The translations under genes and the position numbers were made by a program. From Candidatus Nanobsidianus stetteri (lineage in GTDB: Archaea > Nanobdellota > Nanobdellia > Nanobdellales > Nanobdellaceae), in contig APJZ01000005.1 in the NCBI GenBank assembly GCA_000387965.1, forward strand, positions 26,945 to 58,944: DNA of 32,000 nucleotides. Direction: 5' to 3'. Under the pieces are notes generated by a model. The model did no database searches. It worked only from the letters and a program-made list of their open reading frames with translations, and was not told the origin of the DNA. Every line of letters begins with the position of its first letter. The first letter of the stretch is position 1. Positions 30,495 through 32,000 of this stretch are shown here, in pieces.

Positions 30495-31900
30495 TCAAAT
30501 ATAAAGTTAAAAGCTTCGAATAATCTATATTTCTTATTATTCAATTCTTCCAATGGTTTTTCAAGCTCTTCAATTAGATTATATAATTCTTCCTCTTTCA
30601 TTTTCTTTTCTTCAATATTTTTGCTATTTATATTATAATATCTTATTGAATATATATTATCATTTGCCTCTTTTTCCCCAATATATATTATAATATATGG
30701 TTTATATGTTGATTCTAATATTCTTGTCATATTACTTAATTGTGTTTTTGTAGTTTCAATATTTACAACTCTAATTTCTTTATTTTTCAAATTATTATAA
30801 ATTTTCATTGCATATTCTTTTATTTTATTATCCTTTTCTTTATCTCCAGTAAATATATCTAATATTGCAACTTGAATTGGTGTTAATACGAATGGTAATC
30901 TTCCCTTAAATGATTCTAAATATGCACCAATGAATCTTTCTACAGATCCCAAATATGCTCTATGAATTATGTACAAATTCTCTATTCCAAAATAATCTTT
31001 TACCAATTCAATAAGTTTGAAGTTCCTTGGTAAATTGAAATCTAATTGTATAGTACCCAATTGCCATTCTTTTTCACCAATTTTTAATGTAAAATCATAT
31101 TTAGGACCATAAAATGCAGCTTCTCCAATTCCTTCATAAGTAGAGAAATTATATTTATTTGCTAATTTATTTATTACATTTCTCATTACATCTTCAACAT
31201 ATTCCCAATCTTCTTTAGAACCTGAATATTCATTCATTTTATTTGGATCATGTAAACTTAATCTTACCTTAAATTCTGATGCTTTTAAATTTATATTAAA
31301 TACTTTCTCATATAATAAAATCATTTCATCCATTAATTTTTCAATTTCCTTTTCCAATAAGTTTGGAGTAATAAATATATGAGAATCATCTTGTGTAAAA
31401 GATCTTACCCTCAATAATCCATAAACACTTCCAGAAGATTCATATCTATGTACAGTACCTAGTTCAAATGTTCTAAAAGGTAATCTTATTTTTCTATATT
31501 TTTCTAATAAATTAATGAAAATTAATATATGGTGTGGACAATTCATTGGTTTAATTGCAAATTCTTCATCTTCTATATTAAATACATACATATTTTGTTT
31601 ATAATATGAAAGATGACCTGAAATTTGATATAATAATGTATTTGTAATAAATGGCGTTCTTACCAAATAGTATCCTCTTTTAACATGGAAGTCTGTCAAT
31701 ATTTGAGATAATATATAGTATGTTAACCCACCCCCCAAAGAAAATAATTGTAAACCTTTTCCAAGAAGATCACCAAAATTCCTGCTTAACTTTTCTAACC
31801 TTCTGTCATGTTTTACTAATATATCCATTTCATCCCCAATATCTATATGATCCTTTTCCATTAAAAAATATGAATTAAAAAATTTATAAAAATAATTCAT
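30491..31900 (-). CDS. thrS: Threonyl-tRNA synthetase, catalytic + anticodon-binding domains only (no N-terminal editing domain)
   Basis: The class II ThrRS blocks are KDHIDIGDEMDIL near the N-terminus, Zn ligand region IKPMNCPHHILIF, HRYESSGSVYGLLRVRSFTQDDSHIF, GPKYDF and IIHRAYLGSVERFIGAYLE. Only ~15 aa precede the catalytic core. Confidence 0.9.
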   Translation of the reverse strand: MNYFYKFFNSYFLMEKDHIDIGDEMDILVKHDRRLEKLSRNFGDLLGKGLQLFSLGGGLTYYILSQILTDFHVKRGYYLVRTPFITNTLLYQISGHLSYYKQNMYVFNIEDEEFAIKPMNCPHHILIFINLLEKYRKIRLPFRTFELGTVHRYESSGSVYGLLRVRSFTQDDSHIFITPNLLEKEIEKLMDEMILLYEKVFNINLKASEFKVRLSLHDPNKMNEYSGSKEDWEYVEDVMRNVINKLANKYNFSTYEGIGEAAFYGPKYDFTLKIGEKEWQLGTIQLDFNLPRNFKLIELVKDYFGIENLYIIHRAYLGSVERFIGAYLESFKGRLPFVLTPIQVAILDIFTGDKEKDNKIKEYAMKIYNNLKNKEIRVVNIETTKTQLSNMTRILESTYKPYIIIYIGEKEANDNIYSIRYYNINSKNIEEKKMKEEELYNLIEELEKPLEELNNKKYRLFEAFNFIFE

Positions 31901-32000
31901 TTATTTCATAATAAACTATATCATTTTCTATATCAATTATTGCCAATAAAATTTTATTTAAATTCTTTGAATCCATAAAATTTAAAATATCTTTAATATA
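31884..32000 (-). CDS. 3' end of a gene running off the window; C-terminus resembles a tRNA-splicing endonuclease (EndA) subunit
   Basis: The frame is open to the window edge. The tail ...YIKDILNFMDSKNLNKILLAIIDIENDIVYYEINELFL resembles the M. jannaschii EndA C-terminus as I recall it (..KKLLIAIVDADGDIVYYNMTYVKP). It overlaps the thrS start by 17 nt. Confidence 0.5.
   Translation of the reverse strand, partial: YIKDILNFMDSKNLNKILLAIIDIENDIVYYEINELFL

Noticed and set aside
1-32000. Search for CRISPR arrays, transposases or integrases, RM, TA or other defence islands
   Set aside because: I saw no regularly spaced direct repeats, no cas-like, transposase, integrase, methyltransferase or nuclease ORFs, and no compositional island apart from the tRNAs. 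The repeats found are coding repeats within genes.

Overview
This is a very AT-rich (by eye about one fifth to one quarter G+C), extremely compact archaeal chromosome segment. I call 34 protein-coding genes, 1 decayed kinase pseudogene and 3 GC-rich tRNAs (Asn-GTT, Lys-TTT, Asp-GTC). One gene, eL24, is below the ORF-track cutoff, and one runs off the right edge. Intergenic DNA is almost absent. There are many same-strand ATGA-type 4-8 nt overlaps and several convergent 3' overlaps (508..537, 7002..7025, 8002..8013, 12630..12635). Head-to-head gene pairs are separated by 52, 35, 28 or even -7 bp. Most content is housekeeping: enolase, aIF5B, aIF1/SUI1, Kae1, ThrRS, ThiI, eS6, eS28, eL24, a mini uL29, RNase P Rpp29, NDK, AGOG glycosylase, signal peptidase and a tRNA endonuclease fragment. 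The block from 14.4 to 29.9 kb is cell-envelope oriented. It holds a sugar nucleotidyltransferase, a 909-aa sequon-rich beta-helix surface protein, and two single-domain T2SSF pilus-platform paralogs with pilin-like or membrane-anchored partners. It also holds an aglB-GPT-flippase N-glycosylation operon followed by a decayed PfkB kinase. Several enzymes are shortened (GH1 366 aa, HDAC-like 294 aa, uL29 44 aa), while others carry N/K/I-rich insertions or extensions (Kae1, AglB, NDK, eS28). The tRNAs are 63-69% GC by my hand count against the AT-rich background. Together with the archaeal gene set and a ThrRS lacking its editing domain, this suggests a thermophilic, genome-reduced DPANN/Nanoarchaeota-like archaeon. 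That assignment is inference and cannot be verified here. I found no CRISPR array, transposase or integrase, restriction-modification, toxin-antitoxin or recognisable defence genes, and I cannot honestly claim a clearly new multi-gene system. The best novelty candidates are the divergent TadB/TadC-like pilus module (18173..20996), the over-long AglB with extra TM helices, the flippase fused to an unknown N-terminal domain, an active-site-eroded pyrophosphatase homolog, the Kae1 insertion, and a small kinase-fold protein with a non-canonical catalytic loop coupled to thrS.
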